A stretch of 64,000 nucleotides of DNA from the human T2T-CHM13v2.0 reference genome, Homo sapiens. Of the stretch, positions 14,421 to 28,554 are shown one piece after another. Both the position numbers and the translations under genes were made by a program. The DNA is taken from NCBI RefSeq assembly GCF_009914755.1, contig NC_060932.1; one strand, written 5' to 3'. Each line of letters begins with the position of its first letter. Position 1 is the stretch's first letter. Under the pieces are notes generated by a model. The model ran no database searches. It saw only the letters and a list, made by a program, of their open reading frames with translations, and had not been told where the DNA came from.

Positions 14421-16234
14421 ACTAGTAAGGTATAAGATAAGCCTAATCACGGAGTGATTTGAAGTTGAAAAGAGTTTATAAGTTATTCTTTAAGAAATCT
14501 CTGTTATTGAGGTGTGAGGCAGAGCCAGTACATAATGTCTACGTTCTGAACCAACTGAACGGGGAAACAAAAGGCTAACATTAATATCAGACATTTGTAG
14601 AGCATTTACCTTGTGCCAGGCAACATTCTGGATGCTTTATGTACATTAGCTCATTGAATCATTTCAATTCAATCATTCAACGCAGGGGTTTGAATCTTAG
14701 CTGTTTGAGGTCATTGTCCATGCACTCACCTATAACATTGTTCTGTCTCTTTCTGCAAATGTAAGATAAAAATATTACCTTCATTCTAGAAAACACCCCT
14801 TTGTAGAATAGGTTTATACCTTCAGGCATGTGGACTTTCCAATCCAAACTCCAGGAGTAGACAGATACCCACCAGGACTAGGCAATGCAGGAAAATCTCA
14901 GGCTTCAGCTAGGACTGTTTCATACAATTTCCTGCATGGCCAGGAACAAGGGTGAAGGCATGCACTCTGTGAGCAGCCCATTTGTGGACAGTGGGTCATG
15001 GGACTGAAGGAACCATGTTACACATGCCTGAGTTTTCTTTCCAAGCTCAGAAACCATATCGAACACCCCTCCCTTGGGGAGAAGTGAGTGAGCAGGTGGA
15101 GAGACGATAGTAATGTTAGTATGGTGGAACTTCTTCCCCATAGATGGAAACACTGAGGGCTAAGAAGAAGGGCCTCTCCTCCAACATGTGTTATCTAGCA
15201 AGGCTGGTTCTATTTAAGAATGATATATAGTCTAGTGTAATAGAATACAATATGCCTAGCTCTAAAATTATGTTGGAAAAAAATCAACATTACGATGTGC
15301 TATATTCAGTCAATGAGTAAATATTTCTGTGCCTGCCACATGCTCAGCATTATAATTAGAGCCACCGTGAAAAATACTTATCCGTGATCCTTTATGCTGT
15401 CAAAGCCTAAATTCCCCACTTAACCAAGAATCCTGGATAATTCCCAAAAAACAAATTTATTATTTGTTTCTATGGTTGTGTGTTTGTCAAAAATTGAAGC
15501 ATTAATAGAAATAAGAACAATTTAGACTATAAAAGCCATAGGCTTATAAAAATGCTAGCATCAGCACATTCCAAAACTGCCTGCCCCATCCCTTGATGGT
15601 ATGTGTGATTGCTGTCACAAAACTAGCAGTTAGAATCTTTTGTAACTGAGGATATAAACCAAATTTAGAAATATGTCTTTACTAAAGGGTGGAAACTTAG
15701 AAACTGAAGTGGATTTACCACAATGAACTAGAACTAAATGTACCAACACAGGCTCAAAACACTCTAAGATAATTTTTCAAATTTATTTAAAATTAAGAAA
15801 AGAAAACTGGGTAACATTGAATCACAAACAGTTGAAAACACTGGGGTTACATAGTATTAACATATAATTACATGATCATTTGTGATAAACAGAAAATTTA
15901 AAAAAAGAAAAAGGAGAAAAAAATAAAAAATAAAGAAAAACAAAAAACAAAAAAATAGAAAATGAAATGAGAAAAAAATTGATCAATGGCAAATCACTGG
16001 AGATAAATCATTGTGTACAGATTTCCCTATTGAAAAAAATAACAATAATTAAACACCAGCTAAGCCTTCTTTCTTCTTTTGATTTTTGTGAAAAATCGCA
16101 ATAAGATGTATCTCTAGATCGTGTGCTTGCCAGAATCTTTGCTGTTTCTTAGGTGAAAGATCATTGATAAGAATCTGGCATGGAGAACAGTCAAGGAAGC
16201 ATTGCAGCTCAATACAAAACGGTGGCCAGGGAAG

Positions 16235-16380
16235 ATCCACTGAATTAGGAGTCAGCAGTCATTATTCTACTACCTGCTAATCTTCTATGAGCTTCGTCAA
16301 GTCATTTAAGCTTGGTACCCGTCAGTTTCCTCATCTGAAAACTGAGAAAAGTTGTTTCAAATTGTCTAAGTCCATTCCAG
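16235..16380 (+). mobile_element. MIR (supplies tandem minus-strand splice acceptors)
   Basis: CAAGTCATTTAA...CAGTTTCCTCATCTGAAAACTGAG MIR core. Confidence 0.75.
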
Positions 16381-17227
16381 CTTGATCATACTAGCATCTT
16401 ATGTGCAGCTTCTTAAAGTCCAGCTCACACCTCTGTCAACTCCCTGTATAATATGACTTCCAAAAAAACACCTGTGGTTTGGTTATACATATATATGGAC
16501 ATATATATGTTATACATATATATTGGTTATACCTATATATGGACATATATAGGTCCACTCTTCTCATATCCACAGCTGCTATCAATATAATAAATGGGCA
16601 GTATCTGTAGTATCACTTATTAATAAAATGAAGTTTTTCTGACATATACACAACCCAGACTATTAGGTCATTATCTCAATAATCCCTTAGTGTAGGGAAA
16701 AGGGCAGAAAACACTTTCATTTTCTGTCTTGAGCATTAGCAAGCCACAGTCCATATAATTTAATTAAAATAACAAATGAATAATCTATAATTGACCTGTG
16801 TCTGTTTCTCCAAGCCAAAGGGTAAGTCAGATATACATGATTTTAAAATCTCTTGTTATTTTCAATATAAATTGTTCGGCTAAGTATCCAACAAATTGGA
16901 AGAATTAAAATGTTAATATCCAGTGCAATAATCTAAAACCTACTGGTCATCTACAATATAAAATGTTAGATTTTAAGGAAACTTCAGAGCTTATTTTACA
17001 CAATTCTTTCACCTTTATGGTTGAAATTTTAATTTTGCGATTTCCTTTTATGAAGATCTGGAAGTTACAAAGACAGAAAGGTAACCTTATATCTCAACAG
17101 TTGAGAATCAAAGGAAGTTAAATAATGTACCAAGATAAATCAGCTTCTGGCATAAAAAATCCTGTCACTTGGACTTGAAAACTGGTGGTCCTGGGATAGA
17201 GCCTAAAAATAGGTCTTTTATCCTAAT

Positions 17228-17253
17228 ATATATATATATATCTATATATTATA

Positions 17254-17292
<39 letters not shown>

Positions 17293-17562
17293 TCTCACTC
17301 TGTTGCCCAGGCTGGAGTGCAGTGGCACGATCTCGGTTCACTGCAACCTCCACCTCCCGGTTCAAGCAATTCTCCCAGCTTAGCCTCCTGAGTAGCTGGG
17401 ATTACAGGTGTGTGCCACAACATCCAGCTAATTTTTGTATTTTTAGTAGAGATGGGGTTTCACCATATTGGTCAGGCTGGTCTTGAATTCCTGACCTCGT
17501 GATCTGCCTGCCTTGGCCTCCCAAAGTGCTAGGATTACAGGCATGAGCCACCACCCCCGGCC
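17228..17562 (-). mobile_element. AluS with tail converted to (TA)n(GA)n microsatellite
   Basis: GAGATGGAGTCTCACTC...GAGCCACCACCCCCGGCC; flanking ATCCTAAT TSD. Confidence 0.95.
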
Positions 17563-17953
17563 AATCCTAATTAATATTGATTACAAATTATTAAAAGTCA
17601 CTCAAACTGTAATTATAACATTCTTATACCAGCCGTTCTCAACAACATAGTGTCTGCCAAAAAGTAATTAACAAATACTCCCTGTGTTCTTGTTGATGAA
17701 GGAAGTAGGATGAGAAAAGGAGACATTTAAAGGTAGTCTACAGGAGGTATAGATTCATTTTTCTATGATATAGGGTGTTTATTTTTAATGTGGACTACAC
17801 ATTGGAAGTAATATTTCTTGATTGTAAAAAAGGCTGGGAATAATTGCTTACTGCTGGAAAGCAGAGGATATAGATCTAATAGAGAAACAAGTAGCCCTAC
17901 AAGAAACAGCAAACACAGACTCAATGTGTATGAGAGAGACAAGGGCTGCAATT

Positions 17954-18055
17954 AAGATGACCAACCATTCTGATTTCTCCAAGACTGTCCAGGCCTTCTC
18001 CCACATCTCCAGAAACCACCCCCATTGTAGGTAAACCAGGTTGGTTGGTCACCTA
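17954..18055. mobile_element. MER81/MER94-like hAT-Blackjack MITE
   Basis: Inverted termini GATGACCAACCA...TTGGTTGGTCACC. Confidence 0.65.
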
Positions 18056-18467
18056 AGCTGCAGCATCTTGCTGCCATTCTGTAACAAGCAAAGACAAGAA
18101 GGTTTTAATTGGTAACCCAAGCATAGAGAGCTAGACACACCTAGCCAGTATGGACAATGCAAGTCAAGAGAAGTGCTGGACCTGCTGAAAATAACAGGAC
18201 CAAAATGAGATGGATCCCTTACCCATGCTGGTAAAGAACATCAGCAAGTGTTTAGTAAGGGAGGGCCAGTGCCTAAATTGAGAATGCATTATGTGTTCTC
18301 TATAGTGTCCTCTGTGCCTGTATATGAAGCCAAATTGATAAATGCCTGATTCCCAAGGCACGAGTCCATCCTCTGCCCAGGCAGACACAGAACATTTACC
18401 AGAGCACATTTTCCTGCTGACATCTGTTCCAGTGGGAACACAGAATCTGCTCAAGAAATGGCTCTAG

Positions 18468-18625
18468 ACCAGCGGTTCTCAAACTTTAATGTGTATTGGA
18501 ATCACCTTGTTGAAATGCAGATTTGATATTTTGATTAGGGGAATGTTGGCAGGGAAACTGAGGTTTTGCATTCCTAACAAGCTTCCAGGTGATGCCCACA
18601 GACCACACTGTGAGTGGCAAGGCTG
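18468..18625. mobile_element. MER5A
   Basis: CAGCGGTTCTCAAACTT...TTGCATTCCTAACAAGCTTCCAGGTGATG...GACCACACTGTGAG. Confidence 0.75.
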
Positions 18626-18995
18626 TGAGCTCCAGTAATCAACCAGGTTGGGAGGGTGATTACTGGAGATGAAAGATGAAACCTATTTGACACACCCAAC
18701 CTAAAGCAAAACTACCTACTCATAGGGCTGCTCTGAGGGTTAACTGAAATAAGTCACACAACGCTCCTAGCACTGTGCCTAACATCTAAACCACGTATAG
18801 TTTCCATGCCAAATGATGGGTTCCATCACTCTTATTAGTAGTCTTGTAAATGCAATTTATATGAAAACTTCAGAAAGCCTGGTTTGTAGAAGTCAATGAG
18901 AAGAGTGGGGTTATTAATATATATACACTCAGTTCTGACTCGCACAGAGAACAAGCCTTCTGCACAGCAGAATTCAGAGGAGGTCTACTCTAGTG

Positions 18996-19172
18996 CAGGG
19001 CTTCCCAGCCCCTGGCTGTACGGTGGAATCACATGGATATCTTGCAAAATACATGAATGCCATTACCTCACCCCCGATCAACTGAATAGGAATCTCCGGT
19101 AGTCAGGTCCAGGCTTTCCAGAGTACAGAAAATTTGCAGGTTATTCTAAAGTGCAGTCAAGTTTGAGAGACA
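18996..19172. mobile_element. MER5B-like
   Basis: CCTGGCTGTAC..TGGAATCAC...CAGGTTATTCTAAAGTGCAGTCAAGTTTGAGA. Confidence 0.65.
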
Positions 19173-19199
19173 GACACATAAGGAAACTAGAGCTCCCCG

Positions 19200-19850
19200 A
19201 GTTCTGAGGTGGACTCTCATCTCTGCTTTGACAAACTTTCTGTGCCCCATTTTCCTAATTTGTAAAATTAGAGTAATGGAAATAACAGTAGTGTCTATCT
19301 CAAAAGGCTAAATAAATCAATTTATGTAAAGCCCTTATTACAGCTTAATTTATGACTATGCTACATTTGGCCCTACCAGAATGGATAGGTGGTGCATGAC
19401 TATTACTATCAATATCTAAGACCTAGTACCTAAGTAAGAATTAATTCTACGGAATTCTGTATTTAGACCTGTTTGTATTCAGGATGTTATATCTTATACA
19501 AGCATTATTTTAGGGATAGTAATACGACAATTTAACATATTGTGAGCACATACTATTTATCAGGCATAAATACATATTATATACTAAATACTGTACTATT
19601 AACATATGAAAGGCAAAAGAGTATAATAGGAAACAGATTCAAACATGAATTGTGGTTCTACCATTTACTACATATGTGACCTTGAGCAAGGTACTTTTCT
19701 CATCAGCAGCCTATTTCCCTATCTATCAACAAGTATGATGGTAATACCTACCATTTAAGGATTATTTCAAAGAATGAATGGAGAAAATCAATGTAAAGAA
19801 TCTGGTATAGCACTTGGCACTGAATAGGGGCTTACTAAGTGCATTTCTCC
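19200..19850 (+). mobile_element. MIR fragments
   Basis: TTTCCTAATTTGTAAAAT and TGTGACCTTGAGCAAG cores. Confidence 0.6.
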
Positions 19851-22649
19851 ACCCTATCCATGTATTTTGGGGGTATAGGAATGAATAAGATACCCCCAGT
19901 TTCTATAGTCTACTGGAGAATACAGGAAACAGACATACAAATTTCATTGTTTCCTCTTTAAAATCCTTGTATTAGAGACATACAGTGATAAAGAGCTAGA
20001 GTCTATTTATAGGAAATAGGAAGTTCATTATGTATATGTGCTGGGTTCCTTGATATGGTACATCTGGGAATTTTATTTTTTTGTATGTGCATGGTTAGCC
20101 ATCGTTTTGATTTTTGGTGGATTTTATACTTGTTACAGTTTTTAAAGTAGATATGATTTGGCAGATGTTTAGAGTAGTAGGTGTGTGTTGCTTTTGATGT
20201 CTTTGAGAACACAGAGTCCTCGAGGGCTTGGATGTCTTTCTATAGTTGTATTCTCTAACTAATAACTATGCAGTTCATGAGCGTTAAACAATGTCACTCC
20301 AAGTTGCATAAGAGGCCATTCTACAGGAAGCAGAGGGAGTTAGTGTAAGAAAAAACTGAACATTCCACATGGATATTGTTCCATCCCACTCGACAAGGGG
20401 CAAAAGTGACTGAGAAGTTCATAGGGGATTCTGGAATGGATCTTAAAATCTTCGTAGAACTTGAAAGATGTATTCAACCTACCAATTCCCTGATAAACTG
20501 ATGATGGCTAATAATAATGATTCATTCGAAACACTAATGCCTACTCAAGACTCAGAAGATGGGTTGAATTTGCATTTATATTCCTAACTAGATGTTTAAT
20601 TGCATTTAAATACTATTTAACATTTAAATGACACTGTAATTTACAAATAAATATTTCTACCACCATTTAAGTGGTGATTAAATCATGATTGTTTGATTCA
20701 CACATCATTCTGTGTACTATTACTATCCCATTTTACAGATGAGCAAGTCAAGCCAAAGAATTCATAAGTAATCAAGACACAGGTATTCATCTAGTCAACA
20801 GCAGCAGTACCTATGAGCCCCAGCCATGTCTCGTGTCCACTGACTATGCTTTTCCCACTAAATATTGGCCATGTTGGGCAATGTGTCTTGTTACTTGCCT
20901 GTGTGTCAATTTCTTTATCTCTTGACTCTACTTCACAGTGAAAATATGATAAAAATGAAGCTAATTAAGAAATTCTGGAAAAAATAAAGTTTTGTATAAG
21001 CCTAGAATGTGGAAATGTGGAAGTGGACCAGAATTAGGTGTGTGTACAAGTAAACCTACCACCCTCATTGAAGCCTACAAACCAGGCACTCTGAAATTTT
21101 AATTATTTTTTGGTTAACACTGCATTTCTAAAAGCCTCCTGGAACATTTTACTTCCAATTGCCAATTCTTTAAAATCCTCTTGGGTTGAGTCCAAGCTTG
21201 AAAAATTTCATCTGAAAATGAATGTTTTGGTTGTTTTTTTTTTTTTAACATTCATAAAGTTCAGGGCATAAAGTACTCTTTCACAGAGAATAAAAACAAA
21301 GTTTACAGTGGAAATCATGTCATAGACAGGCCATGGGGCACTTTTCTCCCTAGCCAATCAGCCAGAGCTGGGTAAGTGAAGGATGGAATCTGGCCTCAGG
21401 GAAGAACTTTTTAGGGTAGACCCAACCCCCTCTGTGAGACTGCTCCTGCTAACTACGCTGTGAGCATACTGGGCTTGCAATGAACTCAAAATTCTCATCT
21501 GAAGTTTGACTTTATTTCACCATGCATTGTGAAAGGGTGACTTCTCCAATCATCCAAAGGAAACATGGTCTCCTTAGCAAGGCTGTACTAAACCAGCCTA
21601 AAGCCATTAAACCTGAAATCCAGTGCTGTTAACAAGATGGAACAAGTGAGCTCCATGCCAACTGGTTTTCAGCCCCAGGTAGACTCTATTTAAACAGGCT
21701 GTGAACTCTTTCCACCACCTGCGTTCTTTAATACTTCTTAGTGAATTTAAAACAAGTGATCCCAAGCCACAGTGATGGCTTAGGAGCTGCCAATACCAAA
21801 CGTATTGAAATGCAGTGTTCCCTTAGCTGCCTACTCTTTGCCCGTATTATGCTGCAACTGTACTGAACCACCTACAGATGCCCACACATGCTATGCTTTC
21901 TGTTGTCTTTGTGCTTTGGAACCTAAGAGGCCCCTCCCTGAATTTTCTCCCTCATGGCTCCAACAACACACTCACCTCTCTTTCTGGTTCAGGACATAGG
22001 TCCGATCCTTACTTCTCCCTTAGTCCTTGGACTATTCTGCAAGATCTCAGGTCTGCACTCACAACACACACTATGTTTGCTTCCATCTCAGCACTTCTCT
22101 TCCTATTACTTGCCTGTATTTTTCTTCATTCAACCAGTTATGAATTCTTTAAACATTTGGTACATTCTACTCTACAAAATTTGAATAAAGAATGACATAC
22201 ATACAAGCCATTCACTGTTGTTTAGGTGACAGAAAACTACTAGTTATCAAGTGCCTTCAATATGCCAGGCACTGTGCTTGGTACTTCAAGTGAATTTTCT
22301 CATTATGTTTTTCCAAATATGCCGTGAAGGTGGTATTATTACTAACATCATCATTTTATAATTGAAAACCTTGTGCTCAGAGAAGCTAAGTAATTTAGAA
22401 TTGTTCCAAGACCATACCAAGAGAAATTGTATTCATTTTGGAATACAATTCCAGTTCTGGAGTATTCTGAATGGAATCCCATGTCTGTCTAACTTCTAAT
22501 CTCAAATAATTTCCATGCCATCATATTCCTTTCCTTACTTCTAGGGAATAGCACTGGTTTCATACTTTCAGACTTTTTTTTTGTTTGAATTATCCAAGTG
22601 TCAAATGCATTTTTAAATTTCCTTGAACAGGGACCTGAAAATGCTCTGG

Positions 22650-23805
22650 TGTGTCATTTAGAACCCGCTTCAGAGCGAAGGCACTAATTTAATCAGTTGA
22701 TGGGAGTGTTGAATGCTAATTGCATTGCCCTCTTTTGGAGACCACGAGTTTGCCCACAGTTACACTCCCTTCCCAGGGTCAGTCTGATCTAACGTTAGTC
22801 AGTGTAGATGTGCTCTTTGTCCCAGTTCAGGAAAACTCTGCGGGGCCACCCTAGTGCTAGAGCTCCCTGTGGAATGGGCTAGTCATCAATTGCAGCTGCC
22901 TCACAGTTCAACTTCTCCCTCTGCCCAATCCTGTTTCCCTCACTCTCTCTCTCTTTTTTTTTTTTTTATTATTATTTAAGTTCTAGGGTACATGTGCACA
23001 ATGTGCAGGTTTGTTACATATGCATACATGTGCCATGTTGGTGTGCTGCACCCATTAACTTGTCATTTACATTAGGTATATCTTCTAATGCTATCCCTCC
23101 CCCTCCCCCCACCCCACGACAGGCCCCAGTGTGTGATGTTCCCCTTCCTATGTCCAAGTGTTCTCATTGTTCAATTCTCACCTATGAGTGAGAACATGTG
23201 GTGTTTGGTTTTTTGTCCTTGCAATAGTTTGCTGAGAATGATGGTTTCCAGCTTCATCCATGTTCCTAGAAAGGACGTGAACTCATCCTTTTTTATGGCT
23301 GCATAGTATTCCATGGTGTATATGTGCCACATTTTCTTAATCCAGTCTATCACTGATGGACATTTGGGTTGGTTCCAGTCTTTGCTATTGTGAATAGTGC
23401 CACAATAAACATATGTGTGCATGTGTCTTTATAGCAGCATGATTTATAATCCTTTGGGTATATACCCAGTAATGGGATGGCTGGGTCAAATGGTATTTCT
23501 AGCTCTAGATCCTTGAGGAATCACCACACTGACTTCCACAGTGGTTGAACTAGTTTACAGTCCCACCAACGTGTAAAAGTGTTCCTATTTCTCCACATCC
23601 TCTCCAGCACCTGTTATTTCCTGACTTTTTAATGATCACCATTCTAACCGGTGTGAGATGCTATGTCACTGTGGTTTTGATTTGCATTTCTCTGAGGCCC
23701 TATCTCTCTTATAAGTGTTGTTCCTGAAGACACTATCCAGTGAACTTTCTGCATGCAAGTCTCCATCTGAGACTCTGTTTCTCAAAAAACTCAACCATAG
23801 GTATG
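22650..23805 (+). mobile_element. LTR16-like ERVL LTR split by an L1PA insertion
   Basis: TTCAACTTCTCCCTCTGCCCAATCCTG before the L1; CTGCATGCAAGTCTCCATCTGAGACTCTGTTTC after it. Confidence 0.65.
22955..23696 (-). mobile_element. 5'-truncated L1PA (PA4/PA5-like) 3' end
   Basis: Poly-T, then TTCTAGGGTACATGTGCACAATGTGCAGG...CCCCACGACAGGCCCC...TTTGCATTTCTCTGA. The ORF at 23171-23422 is the L1 ORF2 C-terminus (WNQPKCPS...WHIYTMEYYAAIKK). Confidence 0.95.
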
Positions 23806-24564
23806 ACAATGAGAAGTCCATGACTACAAATTACTAATCAGAGTAAAAAATTGCAAGCAACATTTTAGTGATGGTTTAAGGATAGAATGCATGTCTCTCC
23901 AAATGCACTCTCTGGCCCAGAAAGTACTATGGATTTTACAATTGGAAACTGGACCTGCTTTGCAATGAGAATGGTCAGCCCTTGAGCTTCATAACTCCAC
24001 CTGTTCACTCTGTGACTTTGTCTAGGTCATGTAACTTTTGTAAGCCTCTGTTTTGCATGGAACTCCACCAAGGCATCAGGCACATTTTTCAAGTATGCCC
24101 TATGGTTAGGGAGGGAGAGCTCTTGGGCGCTGGCCACTCCAAAAAGTCACTCATCTCTTAATGGGATTGTTTATCTAGTGGCAGCCTCCACTTTAAGAAA
24201 AAGGAAAACCACTTTTCTCAGTGGAATAAGCCACTACTATGCATGCCAGTCAAGATTTTAAACATATGTGTTTTTAATTATGACTATACTCAGATAAGAG
24301 TGGCCAATGATATAAGTAGGAATCACAATTTATGCCATATAACCATTCAGCCATCACACATTCCTTATTAGTCCTGATACCTGTAGTTTCCAATATCGTA
24401 CCTCATTGTCACAGTTATGGTGAGATTATACTGAAAAATATAAACAATGTATATCTAGAAATGGCAAAGGGGTTCACCCTAGAGAAGAGAAATCTCAGGG
24501 AAGACATGCAATTGTAGCTCCCTTTATGGGGTTATTACTGTATGTTACTCTATGCCAGACCTGC

Positions 24565-25176
<612 letters not shown>

Positions 25177-25469
25177 CATTCTTTTTTTCTTATCTTTAAT
25201 TCTGCTATTTTTTTTCTTTAGATACCACCAAATTCACTGGCCATTTACCATTCAAAAATCCAGAACTATGCAGAACAGGCACTCTTCCTCTCCATTCTAT
25301 GGATGAGAAAAATAAGGCTTACAGTGTTTTAATACCTTACTCTAGTCCACAGAGCTAGTAAATGCCTGAGCCACATTTTAAATCCAGGTTTTTCAGAATT
25401 TAAAACCTTGATTTTTATTTTGTTTGTATTATGTTACCTTCTATGTTTATTTTTCGCTATTTTATTGTC

Positions 25470-26432
25470 ACTTTTTCAACTTTATTGTAATAAGATCATT
25501 TAACATGAGATCAGCCTTCAGCAATTTTGAAGTGTATAGTCACTGTTGACTATAGGTACAGTGTCATAGAGCTGATATCTAGAGTTCATTCATCTTGCTT
25601 AATTGTAACTTTATACCAATTGATGAGTAACTTCTCATTTCCTCCTTCCCTTTAGCTCCTGACCATCTATAATTCCAGTTTTTGACTTTATAAATTTAAC
25701 TATTTTAGGTATCTCATAAAAATGGAATCATGCAGTATTTGTCTTTCTGTGACTGGCTCATTTCACTTAGCATAGTGTCCTCAAGGTTCATCTATGTTAT
25801 CTATATTGTAGGATTTCCTTATGTTTTAAGGCTGCATAGTATTCTATTGTGTGTAGAGACCATATTTTCCTTTTTTTCTTTCTTGCTTTCTTTCTCTTTC
25901 TTTCTTTCTTTCTTGCTTGCTTGCTTTCCTGCTTTCTCGCTTTCTTGTTTTCTTGCTTTTCTTGCTTTCTTACAGGGTCTCACTCTGTCACCCAGACTTT
26001 ACTGAAGTGCCACAACCATGGTTCATAACCTCAGACTCAACCTGTCTTGGCTCAGGTGATCCTCCCACCTCAGCCTCCTGGGTAGCTGGAACTACAGGCA
26101 GAGGCATGCGCCCCTCTTTATTTATTTATTTATTTATTTGTAGAGACAACGGGTTTCAGCATGCTTTGCTCACGAGGCTGGTCTCAAACTCCTGGGCTCA
26201 AGCAATTCACCTCAGGCTCCCAAAGTGCTAGGAATATTGGCATGAGCCACCACACCCAGCTACTGTATTTTCTTAATCCATTCATCTGTCAATGAACATT
26301 TAGTGTGTTTCCACATCTTGGCTTTTGTGAACAGTGCTGCAATAAACATGGAAGTGCTAATATCTTTCTTCAGTATTCTGATTTCAATTTTTTTGGATAA
26401 ATACACAGAAGTGGGATTGCTTGATCACATGA
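25470..26432 (-). mobile_element. L1MB/L1MA 3' fragment interrupted by AluJ
   Basis: GGAATCATGCAGTATTTGTCTTTCTGTGACTGGCT...CAGAAGTGGGATTGCTTGATCA. Confidence 0.8.
25866..26261 (-). mobile_element. AluJ with (TTTC/CTTG)n tail
   Basis: ACAGGGTCTCACTCTGTCACCCAG...CTCCTGGGCTCAAGCAAT...GAGCCACCACACCCAGC. Confidence 0.9.
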
Positions 26433-26789
26433 CAATGATGGCCACAAGAACATTTGGGCTCACAGCCTATCATTTTAGCAGTCCCAACAGAGAGAATAGT
26501 TACCCTTTCCTAATTGCTCTAGAAAAATCTCAGGATTGCATCTGAGTAAGTTGGCTTTGATCACATACCCACTTCTGAACCAAGCACTGTGAATATTAGA
26601 CACTTTACAATTATTGTCCAGAACCGAGGAATGTACTAACTTTCAAGCTAGAAGTTCAGCTAAAAGGAGCTAAAATCACCTCCTTCTAAATTATGTGAAC
26701 AGAGACGAGGAAAAGGGAGATTCTCCAAAGGAGGGGTGAACCAAAGGAGAAGGAAAGAGGTTGGGATGGCTGAAATGGCAGATGCCTTC

Positions 26790-27577
26790 TGTGGGAAAGA
26801 GATTTTCATACCTGCAGTGCACATTGTTGGAACTCTTATCTCCTCCACTCTTACAGTGTCTGCACCGAAGCCTGACTGCCAACTTCCAGCACTATGCTCC
26901 TTTGCCACAAGGCTGAAGTTAACTCTGCCTGTACAAAAGGCAGAACAGCAATTCTGGCCTGCCACTTGCATGGAAGTTAACTCCTTTCAATAGCAAATTC
27001 AATAAATAATTGTGCAATCTGGTACATAAATACCCCGGCTCCCTTACCCCTTAGGTTAGGTAATTCTGAGATATATATGCTAGGAATATCGTCCTTAAAG
27101 TTCTCTAACAGAATTAAGCTTCATTTATCTGAAGCTGAAAATGTAATCAAAATATATCCCATATTGTGGCCGGGAGTGGTGGCTCATGCCTGTACCCCTA
27201 GCACTTTGCGAGGCTGAGGCAGAAGGATCACTTGAGCTCAGGAGTTCAAGAACAGACTGGGCAACACAGTGAGATCTTGTTTCTACAAAAAAAAAAAATT
27301 TAAATAGCCAGGCATGGTGGTGCATGTCTGCAGTCTCAGCTACTTGGGTGGCTAAGGTGAGAGGATCACTTGAGACTAGGAAGTAGAGGCTGTAGTGAGC
27401 TGTGATTGTGCCACTGTACTCCAGCCTGGGAAACAGAGAAAGACCCTGTCTCAAAACATATATGTGCATATCCTGTATTGATTTTCTTCCATTCTCTGTG
27501 TCACTTCTCCATATCCCTATCTTATATTATGGAATAACCTCCCAAAGAAACTAATTGTGCTTGAATCCTTGTCTTAC
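26790..27577 (+). mobile_element. LTR16-like ERVL LTR interrupted by AluJ
   Basis: ATAAATACCCCGGCTCCCTTACCCCT...GGAATAACCTCCCAAAGAAACTA...GAATCCTTGTCT. Confidence 0.6.
27168..27457 (+). mobile_element. AluJ
   Basis: GGCCGGGAGTGGTGGCTCATG...AGACCCTGTCTC; approximate TSD ATATCC..TATTG. Confidence 0.9.
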
Positions 27578-28554
27578 AGGTAAAAAGCAATGAGATAGGC
27601 TGTTCCATGAAGTAGCAAGTTTCTCAGCAGTAGAAGTTTTCAATAATGAGTAGAAAAATGGATTTGGGGAGATTCAAAAATAAAATAGGTAATTGGATTG
27701 CAGGACCTACATTTAGACCATGCAGTCCCTTCTAAGGCTAAGTTGAATTATTACTTGTTTGACTTGTGACAGAGTCATTCTTGCAGAAAAAGAGATGTAT
27801 GTTCATGCCTTGGATTCTGAAATTTGTGAAAGGAGATAATATAAAAAGTTATCTGGGGAGGGAATATTTTTTAAAGGTTATTTGAAGGTACGAGGGTTAG
27901 CTTCCTCTTTTGTTGTAACCTATTCTTATAAAAAGACCTTTTTGAGTGCTTCCTTTGCTTGGGAAGACCTCAACATTACAGGAGGATGTCATTTCCTTGG
28001 CTCTGACTAGTTTTAAATTTTGACACCCACCATCATCCAGGCAGAGAAAGAGCCTTCCCAAGATAACCTAAAGTCAGGAACATACATGGCTGCCACATAT
28101 GTTCAATAGGAGGTGAGAGTGTGTCATCATCTAAAGTTCTTTGTGTTGGTTTGGACATGTGCCCAGGAGACAGAAGTGTAAAGGAAGTGATTTCTCTCAA
28201 AATAAACACATCAATCAAAAAAAGATACAGAATATAACTATTTTACCTTTTTGATGTGTGAAAGAAAGCAATGTCGTATGAAATTTATTCCACCATGATG
28301 ATTTTACTTCCCCAGTGGTAATTTTCTCCAGCTCACTCATAAAAATACTAATAATGGACAAAATTTGTTGAGTGTTAACTATGTATTGGGCACTGTGAAA
28401 ATGACTTAATATAAATCATGCATTGAATCCTCCCAAGAAATGGGTCCCATTAAGTTGTCCACATTTTACAGAAAAAGTAACCAAAGCCGAGAGGCTAAAG
28501 AGGCTTGCTGAAGTTGACACAATAGTGAGGTGCAAGTCTCCCTGTCTCCAAAGA

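Noticed and set aside
23171-23422. ORF resembling a real protein C-terminus
   Set aside because: It is the L1 ORF2p C-terminus in a 5'-truncated copy, with no promoter or RT domain.
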